A stretch of DNA of 63,695 bases, the filler included, from Rhabdomonas costata (Eukaryota): assembly GCA_019059605.1 (NCBI GenBank). It is 53 parts of 53 records of this genome, joined end to end, with 100 filler letters (N's around TTAATTAATTAA, not from the genome) between each part and the next. Parts side by side here need not be neighbours in the genome. Positions count along the whole stretch, not along the records: positions 9,629 to 10,732 come from JAHMHO010028384.1; positions 10,833 to 11,936 come from JAHMHO010028385.1; positions 12,037 to 13,137 come from JAHMHO010028386.1; positions 13,238 to 14,340 come from JAHMHO010028387.1; positions 14,441 to 15,538 come from JAHMHO010028388.1; positions 15,639 to 16,742 come from JAHMHO010028389.1; positions 16,843 to 17,946 come from JAHMHO010028390.1; positions 18,047 to 19,150 come from JAHMHO010028391.1; 45 more parts are not named here. The stretch is one strand, 5' to 3'. How positions within the stretch are numbered: position 1 is the first letter of the stretch; each line of letters begins with the position of its first letter. A program made the translations under genes and the position numbers. A model generated the notes under the pieces. The model made no database searches. It had not been told where the DNA came from and saw only the letters and a program-made list of their open reading frames with translations. Positions 10,462 through 23,100 of the stretch are shown piece after piece.

Positions 10462-13400
10462 GTACTTTTATTTTTAACTGAACAGATAGGCATTTTGGAC
10501 TATCCTCTTCCCATACCTTTTGCCAAAGCTCCCTCCCTCCAGCATGGGCCCGGACCGCACCCCCTCCCTCCCACACTATTTGTACACTATTTGTTGAGAT
10601 ACCTTCGCGAAGAGAATGGGACAGGGCACGACAGCGAATCTGCTTGTCGCGATGATCCAGACAGACACTCACCAGTGCAGAGGACATCTGTCGCGATGCA
10701 CACTCATACACGCACACACGTAACCCCAACACNNNNNNNNNNNNNNNNNNNNNNNNNNNNNNNNNNNNNNNNNNNNTTAATTAATTAANNNNNNNNNNNN
10801 NNNNNNNNNNNNNNNNNNNNNNNNNNNNNNNNGTGATGACAGCAAGCCATAGCAGACCACCACCATGCCAGGAAGACACATAGCACTACCCTACGACTAC
10901 TACGCCTAACCCTGACACTTGGAATAGCACACACACACGACAACACTACTAATATGGTAACTATTCCCCTACGTTTATGTCTACGCGTATGTACTACTGT
11001 GCCTTGGCCCCATAACAGCGTACTTCCTACTGCCTGCTATGTCCTACTACTGCTGTGGTTACAAACGCTTACCACTACAGGTTGGGTCTTACCGTACCAC
11101 GAGCTACCAAGGTGGGTGTGGAACCACTACTTAAGCAATAGCTATGCGAGAGATGCTGATGCTGATGCACAGTGCTTATACCTCCCACGTAAGACGCTAG
11201 ATGAGGTCATATACTTGTGTCCAACCTGTGGAGTACGTATATGACTTGCCTCACCTTCCCCAGAATCTAAGGCGTAGCTGTAGACTTGAGTAAACTGTTC
11301 CTGTTATCATGAGCCATCCTCTCTGGTAATCCGCATCCTTCAGAATCCGTAAAGTGCGCTTGTCGTATCGCGATCTAGGTGTGGGAGCTCGCATGAGTGT
11401 AGACAGCGTGTCGTTAATGTCAGCATTACCTGTGTGCCATTACTCGGTCACCGGTAGATTACAGTAGTTGCCTCTTGCCATCCAGATGACCTTGCGTTCA
11501 ATCCTTCAAGTGCCTGGCTAATATTCGATGTGTTTACTCAGGCGTCCCCTTTCACACAACTAGGCTTGTAGTTAACTGACAACGTCACCGTTGCCTTGTT
11601 ACTTCAATTCACTATCTCAGCTTGGTATATCCCGAAGAACATCAAATGAACCCGAACCCAACCTCCGAAGAGGAACCCCGATACAGAAATGCAAACTCAT
11701 ACCATCCTCAAATCGGGAGCACTAATTAAGACGAAGACACGAAAGGAACCGAAACGTAGCCGAAGCACACCCGAGAATTAAAACCTCAAACAGAAATCAA
11801 AACACGAAGACCAAAACCCAAAAAGCAAAAGCCCGCGCAGAAATTCAAACCCCAAGACCTCAAAAACCAACAGCCTAACCGCAAGAAGAGAGACCACATG
11901 AATGCATATACATGCATCTCCTGAACCCCACACACCNNNNNNNNNNNNNNNNNNNNNNNNNNNNNNNNNNNNNNNNNNNNTTAATTAATTAANNNNNNNN
12001 NNNNNNNNNNNNNNNNNNNNNNNNNNNNNNNNNNNNGGGGGTTGGTACTACAAGTGCACCGAGGAGCACTGCCAGCTTCTTGTTCTCGAGGGGGCCGCTG
12101 GTGCAGAGGTCTGTTGTGCCTGGACTTCTCCCACACAAATAGTCTATTCTTTTTCTGGCTTTTCCATCCTCACGAGATGACCGAATGTCATTTCCAAATG
12201 TGGGGTTTTTCCCTCCCGTTGGTGCAGGCGCAGTCAAAAGGCAACGTATCCTTTGCGCTTGTGAATATCTCTCTTGGAGGGTGATCTGTCGGAAATGAAT
12301 TGTAGTTTTGAACGTGCGGAGCATTCTAGTTTGTCGAATTGAGTAGACGTCGCCATGCTGCCTTGCAAAGAATGGCTTGGCTCGGCGCTGCTTTCTGATA
12401 TAGGTCCTTAACGTAACAGTATACTCAGGATCTTCAGCCGTGGAGCCCAGCGCTCGTTTTCAAAATGCAAAGCAGATTTTTTCTTGGGCTCTCTTTTTCT
12501 CAATGGCATTCCAGGCCCCGATACTAACACGCGTCTAAATTCCCCTAGTCTCTCGTGGTAGCAATCTTCCCCAATTGCTCTGGATTGAATGTCACGTTAC
12601 TGCTGTTGACTGGGGTGCAAAAGAGATACAAAAGAGCCCCCAAGGGGCTCCACAACCGGCCAGGGGTGAAAGCTCGGAAATTTCTGACCCCCAGGACCAG
12701 CCACTCAGCGTTTCGGGAGGCCTGCCGTATATACAAAAGACCCCAAGCCTACTTCGGCCTTTAGCCCTCTCTTCGGGTTATTTTCTTCCGTAAGTTATTA
12801 GTGTGTCTGTACACTGGACCCTTCCATTCCAACAATGGTTGAGCGCCCCTGTTGAGGCTGGGAAGCCCTCGACAAGGGGGCCTTCATTCATTCAGAATAC
12901 AAAAATGTATGAGAGCGAAAAAAGTTCTGTTTGAACAGCCAGCCGGTGTTGCAGCAAAATATTTTGGCTCTTTTTGCTCAAGAGTACCCCCCTTCCTTTT
13001 CTGTGGCACAAGCCCAATTCCTGTGCGTTGTATTCTTGTACTGTGGTGTGGGCTGCGGAGGTTGCCGGATATTTTGGCTTCTGCAATCGAGATCTGGATA
13101 AAGTGAGCCGATCCGCGGTCCTTTTTTCCCCACAACCNNNNNNNNNNNNNNNNNNNNNNNNNNNNNNNNNNNNNNNNNNNNTTAATTAATTAANNNNNNN
13201 NNNNNNNNNNNNNNNNNNNNNNNNNNNNNNNNNNNNNGTTGTTTTGGAACTTTAAACGTTTGCCTTATGCGCAACCATTGCCGAGGAAAGTGTCCCCCTG
13301 TTCTCTGAGAAAACAGAAGTTTCTGAAGGAAACGGTAGGATTGCTCCCCCGAAGTTACGGCGTCCACCCGTGCCCCTTGGCCGCTCTTCCTGCGCCGCTC

Positions 13401-15130
13401 CTTTCCGAAGCGAAGGGAAGATTTATCAGCGTATGTCCTAAACCACACCCCACACCAAGCCTTTATCCACCACCATCACACAGTTGCTGTTGCTGACCAT
13501 CACGTTCTTGTGATTGGGTAATAGGCTGCTTCTGCAGTGGCACGCAGCCAGCAACCCTATATCCAAGTGAAAGCGCCGGTGTCAAGCGCTTTTCATTCCC
13601 AACGGCACAAAGAACATCACCACAGTTGAGACAAAAAAGTGACACAAAAAAGGGGAAGAGGTGTGGTCACCACGAATGCTACAGCTTGGAACCATCCTCT
13701 TATCCATTCTCTTGACTTCTCTCTGTCCCAAGCAAAAAAACAACAACCGGTGATACTTAATGGCACAGCAATAAGGGAAGACGCAGAAACCAACGAATGA
13801 AAGGGGGTGATACGTGTGGGGAGAAGGAAAACAGCGAAGAGAATTTGGATGAAACACAAAAGAAGGGAGGTGTTTACCAAGAGTGACGACTGGAAAGAAA
13901 GGGAAGGCACAGAGCGGACGTAAGTGGAAGTTGGTGGCCCACCGCTCGAATTTCCATTCAAACTGAAAAGGCATTGTACCCCGAAAAAAAATAACTACCG
14001 TGAAAAATAAACACAGCAAGATGTGCTGTGGTTTCTGGAGTCATTCGCGAAAACAAACAGGAGTTTAATCGCACGTATGCGTACACAGGTACCTTCCCGC
14101 CAACCTACCTTTGAGGTGGGCTTTGGACGCAGCAGTGTATATATAATTTGAACTGCACCAAAGCGGTGCATCTCACGCTCCACCCCGCCGAAACCTTGTC
14201 AAACGCTTCAGCCAAGAAGTAGACTTTGGGGCCTTTGCGGAATCACTCTTCCAGAACCCATATGCGGATTGTTAGCAAGTTGAGGAACGGTGTGGGGCAA
14301 TCCACATATGTGTTCTGGAAGAGTGATTTCACAAAACCCCNNNNNNNNNNNNNNNNNNNNNNNNNNNNNNNNNNNNNNNNNNNNTTAATTAATTAANNNN
14401 NNNNNNNNNNNNNNNNNNNNNNNNNNNNNNNNNNNNNNNNCGCTTCACCCCCTTTACTTAACTTTTGTGGTATAACTGATTCGTGCTTATGTGTTGATCA
14501 CATAGTGAGCTGGCTGTTGCCTTGCTACATGTTGCTTGATTGGCTACTGGTCCGCGCGGTCGTGATTCGAAATTCGTGTATGTGTGTGTGTGCGTGCGTG
14601 CTTGCTTGGAGTCCGATTAGAGGGAGAGGAACTGTGAAACTTTCATAACGCGGTTATACCATACCGTAAAACGTTGATATTACCCAATTCGTGAAACCAA
14701 TCATGAGGGCTCCGCCCGTCTAAACTTGCATGATTTCTAGCGTGCCGTCCGTAAAGCCCAAGCACGGTCCAGGCAATGTCCCCGCCTGCTCCGCCCGCGC
14801 CGCAGTGCTGGCCTCCGCCCCTAAAAACCCCTGTCCCACTCGTCCACCACAGCCCACCATATGCACAAACAGCGGAAAATAGTCAGTAGTCAGTGAGAAA
14901 GACAAATTGGGCTAAATCCATTACGTTTTTCGCCCATGACAGCACAACGATGTTTGGCCGTTTACCCGCCCTTTCTTAAAGTGCCCAAACCGGCATCCAC
15001 GTGCAGGGTAGTGCTTGTGAAAAAGGCAATCGGATCGCGAGGATGCAGGAGAAACCAGCTTGCTTGCAGCTGACTCTGGTAGCAAGCAAGTAACCAGAAA
15101 CGGTGCTGGGAGGGGGGGATAGAAAAGCAC

Positions 15131-15238
15131 CTTCGCAGCAGTCCGCCAGGCTGCAGGTGAGCGAGGAGCAAACCGTCGAGGCCGGCCGGGTGACATAACC
15201 CGCGGGGCAGGCGTACCTCCCCGTGCCACAATGGGGCG
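15131..15238 (-). CDS. Cys-rich module exon (phase 1-1) of a probable surface or secreted protein
   Basis: acAG|CG CCC CAT TGT...GAA G|GTgc, 108 nt; PHCGTGRYACPAGYVTRPASTVCSSLTCSLADCCE. Missing from the ORF track; paralogous to the exon at 42647-42775. Confidence 0.75.
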
Positions 15239-15673
15239 CTGTGTCCGTGAGGGGAATTCAACAACAATAGAACGGTGGGATGGGATGAGACGCGATTACA
15301 TAGATATCTCCCTCTAGCAAAAAAAAATCGCAACTTGTTATGGATAGTAAGATAGTTTCATCCAAAACTCAGAGCAACGTGTGTAACCCCTTAAACCCAA
15401 CTTTCCCCAGACGCTAAACATTTCCTTTTCTTCTGCCTTCTTCGCCAAACTACGCCAACCCTGAATCTCAAAGTTTGAGGCAATCTTCGCCTTCAGCTCA
15501 GAGCCAGCGACCGTGCTCTTGTCCACGATGCACACTGCNNNNNNNNNNNNNNNNNNNNNNNNNNNNNNNNNNNNNNNNNNNNTTAATTAATTAANNNNNN
15601 NNNNNNNNNNNNNNNNNNNNNNNNNNNNNNNNNNNNNNGGTTTGTGGTACCATTGTAGTTTTTTTTTGGGGGG

Positions 15674-16131
15674 GGGCATTAACCGTTTAGCAGTGCTCAA
15701 CGTTTAGCGGTGCTAAACGTTAAGATCAGAACGCAAGGGCGATGAGCGGCGATGAGCGATGAGCAGGAGATGGCAATACAAAAGGCATTTTGATTAGTTT
15801 AGGTGAGGGCCAGCGCCGCGTGGCCGGACCATGCCGCCTAGCACTGCTAAATCTTTAGCAGTGCAAAGACGCGAATGAGACGGTTTTATTCTTTGAATCA
15901 AGGACAGACGGTGCTAAATGTCCGAATCAGACGCATTTTTGGATGCTATTTCTAGGACACGGGAGTTCGGTAAACTGTGTCATCTACCTGCATTTAGCGA
16001 AATGGGGCAGGTATACTGTTTTTCTGACGTTTTTCTGACCCCTAGACAGAAACGTTTTAATTTGAGGGGGGTTTGGGAATTTGTCTGTTTAGCATTGCTA
16101 AACGTTGAGCGGTGCCAAACGATTAACGCCC
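15674..16131. mobile_element. MITE-like non-autonomous element with ~45-bp imperfect terminal inverted repeats
   Basis: 15674-15718 matches the reverse complement of 16087-16131 at 38/45 positions; built from a near-palindromic 17-nt unit CGTTTAGCAGTGCTAAA; no convincing ORF. Confidence 0.65.
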
Positions 16132-16353
16132 ACCACAACCAAAAAAAATAGAAGAGGCCCAAACTTGCGACAGGGCGGGGACCCGCAAATTTGTCGCGAT
16201 CCACAAAGCCCCATTTTTCGGGGTCCCTCCCTCTCCTCCCTTTACCTCAACAGCGTTTGGGCATCCCAATTTAATGGAGTCTTGGTGCCTGGGTGCCTGG
16301 TGACTGCTGGAGACTTGGGGAGGGCGGGGCCAAAGTGAGCGGAGATGGCGTAC

Positions 16354-16483
16354 CCTGCGGCATCAGACCGATAGAGGAGCCAGGAACACCCCCCGCAGGG
16401 TCGTCGCCCGGCCGTGAGCCGAATACCCGCACCTCCCCAGAGTCTGGCGCCAGTTCGCCACAAATCACACCCAGTAGTGTGGT
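16354..16483 (-). CDS. ABC transporter ATPase exon just after Walker A, ABCH-like
   Basis: ctcAG|ACC...CAG G|GTacgc; TTLLGVICGELAPDSGEVRVFGSRPG...GVPGSSIGLMPQ, including the GVPG..IG.MPQ insert typical of ABCH proteins. Confidence 0.8.
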
Positions 16484-16850
16484 CTGAGCGACACGGCCGT
16501 GCGGAAACAGGAAGGAGGGGAACGGGTGCGACCAAGTGTTTGCGGCCCCCGTCCGCCCAACACTGCACTCGCACATAAACGAGTAATTGATTGAGCGGGA
16601 CGGGATGAGACGGTTGGTCACACAGTCCGGAGTCGTTCGCAGGGTCAATTACAAAGAGCGCTTCAATGCACGGCAAAGCGAAAATGAAGCAAGCTCCTTC
16701 CTCTGTACCTCAGCAGCGCAAAGGCAAAGCCACACCCCACAANNNNNNNNNNNNNNNNNNNNNNNNNNNNNNNNNNNNNNNNNNNNTTAATTAATTAANN
16801 NNNNNNNNNNNNNNNNNNNNNNNNNNNNNNNNNNNNNNNNNNAGCCTCAC

Positions 16851-17066
16851 CGCAGAGGGAGGCCCAAACGCCACCTCGAACGTCGCCTCCTTTACCAGCA
16901 CATGGGGCAGCAGAGGGGCCCCCCACAGAGGCCGGGGCAGGCTTAAGGCATCCTCGGGCAGTTGGTGGGCATTCACCATGTACGTAATGACGTGCTTCTC
17001 GGTGTCCAGGAGGCAGGTCACGACGTCCCCCTTGCCAAAGGTCTGGCCGTACTTGATGAACTTCCC
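16851..17066 (-). CDS. SPRY-domain exon, hnRNP U-like
   Basis: tacAG|GGG...GCG|GTgagg, 216 nt; YGQTFGKGDVVTCLLD...LLPHVLVK...FEVAFG. Confidence 0.8.
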
Positions 17067-19289
17067 CTGTAAAGGAAACCAGTCTGGCCAAGGAAGGGGA
17101 GCAGCAGATAGAAGGTTGATGAGGCCTTGCCACCTCAACAATATTACTGTGCTCACATCTGATTACGTCCAATAATGTCCACCACAATCCATCGCGCCGG
17201 ATCACAATCTGCATCAGGGCAAAGGGCTATGCAGCTATGCAGGCCGAAGACCTCACGTCCTCGGGGTCCACGAGACGGCACGAAGCCGCACAGAAAGAAC
17301 CAACCCGGGACCTGCTAATCCAGCGGACCATGGTCTTTAACATCTCCATGGTACTCAGGTACCGTGCATCCTCAAGACCCTTCTCATCCTTCATCCGGGC
17401 TACTCTATAATGAAACGGCATAACTTTTGCAGTGAATCTTTATTTAGGGGACACGTGCATCGCTTCCAAACCCCTGCGAGACTAACAAAAGAATACGATT
17501 AATGCAAATGTCCAACACAAAGGTGTTCCAAAGAGCCAAGTACTGTATTTTGTACGTTCTATCTACGTTCTCCTTTAGTACCTAGGATCCGCTCCGCCAT
17601 CCAAGACATCCTGGACCTCAAAAACAGTCCATCAGTGGTGGAACAGGGAAAAAAGTTCACCCAACCCCATTGCCTAACCTAACTAGCAGTGCACCATCAA
17701 AGAAAAAAGGGGTCAACATGCATGAAAAGGAGCCTTAAAGAAAAAAGCTGAAGGAGTGCCAATTCAACTTCCCGCAACACGCATCCAGGTAATGTGCGTA
17801 TCCCCCTAGTAGCCTGGGTACGACGGCCAAAAGTAGTGCTTGAAAGGACAATTGATTTCACCTCCACCCTGACTCCTGTGGAGACCAACCGCGACCCAGC
17901 CCATATGCATCCCTGTGGGATTCTAATAACGGTGTAAACCCACCACNNNNNNNNNNNNNNNNNNNNNNNNNNNNNNNNNNNNNNNNNNNNTTAATTAATT
18001 AANNNNNNNNNNNNNNNNNNNNNNNNNNNNNNNNNNNNNNNNNNNNGGCCTTATCTGCACAACGAAGCCTGTGCAGACGCCGATGTCGCTTTGTCCCAGC
18101 CAGCACAAAACCCACGCCCTCAACTGGGAGCTTGCAGGCAGGCGATTTCACGGCACGATATGTGCTTCATTTCGTCACCCTTCCTCCACTCTCGGATACA
18201 TGCCCATACATTCGAGACGAGTGTGCACACATCTGTGCCTGCATCTCAATCATAACACTCATACCAGCTGACCGGAAACTTGCACTGGTACGCGGTTTTC
18301 CGAAACCAGCGTTCTTTTGCAACCCCGAATACCTGAAGCCTCCAGACTTATGCTAAGGTTAGGAATCACGAACCCAAAACCACTTGCCAGATGTCGAAAC
18401 CCGAATGTCTGAGACGAATGCACCTTAGCGACAGATTCGGTGGGTGTGGAACACTCAATTCCAGATGTGTCTGGGTGACATTCTGGCTCAGTCGAAAACG
18501 TGCGCGGTATCGCCAATGACTGCTGCTGAGTGCTTGAGTGCTGTTTTCCTTGCATCTTTATCCTGCATTTCGATATGCTGGGTGCCATACCACCTGTCCT
18601 TCAGACCGCAACCGAACAAACCATTTTTATCAATGATCATCTGAATTTTTGGGACTAGCGGTCAGTATTTATTTGCGTCCGAGCTTGTGCCTGATCCTTG
18701 GCGGAGAAGCTGTTGAGCCTCGTGGAAGGGGTGAGGTGACACGAGGCCAACGTGCTCTTGTCAAGGAAATGGAAAAGAAGAGTGTCTCTGCGATACAAAC
18801 AGACCCAGGCTTGGCTTTTCTGTTGTTTCGTGTGTTCGGGTGTTTCGGGGGATATTCGGGTGATGCAAATACATACATACATAACTTCTCCTCGTGCAGT
18901 TGCACTGCGGGAGCTTTCGATTGCATGACATTGAGGTTCTCGTTTGGGATCAAGAACTATGCCAGCTACTTTTTTCTTGATGCTGCTCAGGATGCGCGCT
19001 GGAGAAGCTTATCATGGACGAGAGTATTACCAAGTGGGGGCGCTCGCCATCCAAAGATCTCGTGGAGCTTTTCATGTGCTACAACATTGGGTAACGTGTT
19101 CCCCCCCCCACGGTGGAGGACGTCCCTCTGGCGCCAACCACACCCAACACNNNNNNNNNNNNNNNNNNNNNNNNNNNNNNNNNNNNNNNNNNNNTTAATT
19201 AATTAANNNNNNNNNNNNNNNNNNNNNNNNNNNNNNNNNNNNNNNNNNNNGGTGGGTTGTGGAGGAAAGTGGTTGGAATTGTGGTGCAG

Positions 19290-20143
19290 GTTTTGTCGGG
19301 ATCACTGGAGGAGGCCAAGGAGACGGTGCGGGCGATGCATGGGATCTGGAGGACCCTAGGAGGGGTCCCCGAGGGCTTTAATCTGCTGACCGGAAAAGTG
19401 CAGCCTGGGCAGGCAAGGTATATAACACTGCTGCCCACCTTTTACGTTGGGCGCACTGCTTGACCTCCTTCTTTGCCTTTCCTATCACTGTATTTTCTGC
19501 TCTGGAATGCATTTTAGTTGGAATCTTACGGCTTTTTTTTTGGTTTGGTCCCACTGGAGGTCAGAATGAGCGATGTCTGAAAATGGGGCCCGCACTGTTT
19601 TGGTGCAGAACGTTGGCCTTTGGACTGCTTAAACTGGTGCATTTAAAGTGACCTCACTCTTTTCACCGATTTTTGCCTCTTCATTCAACTGCTCAAAACT
19701 GGATGCAAAGTAATCTATCACCTCCGAGCCGTTTTTGTCCTTGTCATAATGTACGTTACACTGTAATCCGCGCTGTGCTGTATTTTTCGCTTGCGCCTGT
19801 GACCAGCGCAGGCCGAATATCTGGTGTATAACTGCACACCACATTGGCGGTGGTGAATTACTGCACCTTTTAATATTGCAACACTGAAGACGATGGCATT
19901 TATTTATGCATTTATATCTGGCGACTCCACGTTCCTCTGAGTTTCGGGCTGTAACTATCCCTATTTTTGTGCCCCCCTTCCCAATCATTTACCTGATCTC
20001 ATCAGCACCTCCACCGCAATCATTTGCCACAATACAGCTATCCCCTGCGACCGGAGCTGATCGAGAGCATCTACTACCTTTACCTTGCTACCCTGGACCC
20101 TGTGTACCTGCACATGGGGGAGGACATTCTGACCACACTGAAC
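19290..20143 (+). CDS. GH47 alpha-1,2-mannosidase, EDEM/MNS4-like; exons 19290-19417 and 20038-20143
   Basis: Removing the GT-AG intron 19418-20037 gives [46 protein letters not shown]. Confidence 0.9.
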
Positions 20144-23100
20144 GTTCGGGCCCGAACAGTAAGACCCCTTCTTCCCTTTCCCTCCCCATTGCTCTGATTC
20201 CTTCGCTGGGATAGTGTCTTATGCAAATTCTAAGTTGGGTTGGGACGTACGAGGGGGTTGACGATGCTCCTTTTGGCACTAAACGTTTAGCAGTGCTAAA
20301 CGTTTAGTGCCAAAAGGAGCATCGTCAACCCCCAACCACCCAAAAACACCCAACNNNNNNNNNNNNNNNNNNNNNNNNNNNNNNNNNNNNNNNNNNNNTT
20401 AATTAATTAANNNNNNNNNNNNNNNNNNNNNNNNNNNNNNNNNNNNNNNNNNNNGGGGGTGGGGGGAAATCGCGAAACAAAAAGCAGTACAGTGGGTTGA
20501 TTTTGAGAGGATTCTCGGAAGGGTGGGGTACAGCCGCACCAGCCTCTTCTGCTGTGGATCGCCCTCTCCAGGTCCAAGTCATGCAGCAGCGCCTGGATTT
20601 CCCTATATTAATGATGAAGCGCACAACCAAAGCCCCCGGCAACCTTCCTCGAGGCTGTCGTGCGACCTTGAACTCCAGCGCCTGCTTTGCCATGATGTGG
20701 GAGGTTTGACGCAAGGAAAACAAACACTGACCAGACAACAGGTCCGGCGGACTTGGTGACGTCTCTGCATCGTTGGCCAAAATTCTTTTGTGCGATATTA
20801 ACGAGGTTCGACGCGCACAATGCCACCAGGGCTCGGTAGAGGGCCTTTTCTTTCGGTAAACTTTGCTTCTATTGCAAAAAAAAATGGATCCCTGGGATTC
20901 GTACATGCGAATTTGGAGGGGGTTAGTTTTTTTCTAGGATATCCTATCGGACGAGCACCGTGGGAGACATTCAAAGCAGGGGGAGGGGAAGGCAGGAGCC
21001 CACAGAAGAAGACGCTCGCCCGAAAAGCAACTGGACACGAAACCTGCCGCAGCTGTAGCACAGCCATTCATGGGAGCCACTCCAGGGATTGGTGGAGTCC
21101 AGCAGGAACTCCTCCAGCTCGTAGCTCAGAAAGGGGTTGCACTGCGGGCACTGCGCCATTCCACAGCCACATACATCACTGCACAACCTCAAACGAATGC
21201 GCGAGTCACAATCACAGGAGTTTGTTTGCAGCCTCGGAACATTGATTGCCCGGAGCTGGGAGAGTGTAGAGGTACACCATCGGGAATTCAGAGTGATTCA
21301 CATATCACCACACTTCGAACACCGTTGCGTCGATAAATAGCTGAATAGAGCTCAAATTAATTGTACAGGGTGTGGTGCCTTACACGTTGACTTATACGCT
21401 GAGATAGGATGGTGTGGGGAATTCGATGCGGTAGATGAGCATCCTGTGATTCAAGCGGTTCGTGAAATGTTCGGGTCTAGGGAGACGAAGATTTAATGAC
21501 AAGTAATGAGGATAGCCAGTTCCAGTGATTAAGTGATGAAGTGACAAAGAAGGTCAAGNNNNNNNNNNNNNNNNNNNNNNNNNNNNNNNNNNNNNNNNNN
21601 NNTTAATTAATTAANNNNNNNNNNNNNNNNNNNNNNNNNNNNNNNNNNNNNNNNNNNNTTTTGGTGGTAGCACGACTGCAGCTGCCACGTCCGTGGCTGT
21701 GTACATGGTTGGTGAGAAATCGGACGACATATGAAGCCCCGAAGAGCGATCTTTAAAAAAGCAGATCGGAAGTCAGGTCCACAGGTTGGCTCGTGAAAAT
21801 GCGCATCACTGGCAAGCAAACACACAAACCTGACGGAATAAGCTCCTCAAAAGCAAGGAAAGGTGCTGCAGGAAAAGCAAAACAAAATCAAGAACTGCGT
21901 AAGGTTTGCGAAGCAGAAGAGAGACTGCAAGCGTGTATAACTGTCACCACGCCGTAGCCAAAGCGTCATCCGCACGCTCCAGAGGCACATCCGCAATTGT
22001 CTTGGGAGCACCTTGAGGTCTGCCAAGAAGTCCTCACGCACTTTCGCATCAAGCTATTTAAAGGCAAGCCCCAGTAAAGCCGCAGCCGCAACCGCATCCC
22101 ATTCGTCACTGAGAACACCAGGTTGGCGGCTTGCCGTGGAGCACAGCGAACTTTTTTGCTCTTACTTCAGACTGTGGAATGTGGACTGTCCGTACAGCAT
22201 ACATGCGGCCAGGGTATACTTTGGACTAAACAGTGGCGCATCCGCGTTTGTAGGGAAAGCCGAAGTACAGTGGGCCTCCCGAAACGCTGCGTGTGGCCGG
22301 TTCAACAAGCACAAAAAACTGCAAAAGTTGACCTCTGTATCGGCTTTCTCGTTCTTTGGGGAGGAACAACAATCCTCATTCCAACACTTCCCAGGTCTAC
22401 AGCGCACTGACTCACCAACCAGCTTTGTATCAATGTGCCAATGTACTTATGCCTGCCCTGTGCGGCTCTCCCAAATCTGGGGCCCTTCCATTCACAGCTG
22501 TGGGTTCGAGTCGCATCGTGCCCCTCACCCAACATGAAGAAAGCGGCAAAAACCAAAGCACAGACGGTTGTGCGGCGGTTCGACAAGTTGGCAGGTCCAG
22601 CCCTTCCACCTCCCATCCAAAAACCCAAAGAGAGAGCTCACAAAGAAAGCTCCCTCTTTCGGCCGCCCCCTGCTCACACGCCATGCGTGAGTCCTATTTT
22701 ACGAGAGGTTTTCCATCCAGGGCGCACGAGAGGTTTTGGTACACGGAATTGCAAAACAACACNNNNNNNNNNNNNNNNNNNNNNNNNNNNNNNNNNNNNN
22801 NNNNNNTTAATTAATTAANNNNNNNNNNNNNNNNNNNNNNNNNNNNNNNNNNNNNNNNNNNNCAAAGAAACCTCAGAAACGTCAAATCATCACCCGTTAA
22901 AAGGTCTCAGAAACACAGCAAACTAGCAACGCACAAAAATGCTTCACTTTAGCAAAATGCTTCCTAATGCATCTGCGCGTGCGCAACGTATGCGACATTT
23001 TCGCGTGTTTTCTTTTGCGAGAAATACGAAAGAGAAGAAAGGCCATACATTTCGTTCATTCATTGTTGCACACATCGGCGCCAACAAACGGCTGAGAGGA

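Noticed and set aside
21500..21558. Possible box C/D snoRNA (GTGATGA)
   Set aside because: Only a C-box-like word, truncated by the contig end; no D box or guide can be seen.
22140..22260. Tyrosine-recombinase-like TFHSLK on the minus strand
   Set aside because: A single short motif followed by a stop; no other YR motifs.
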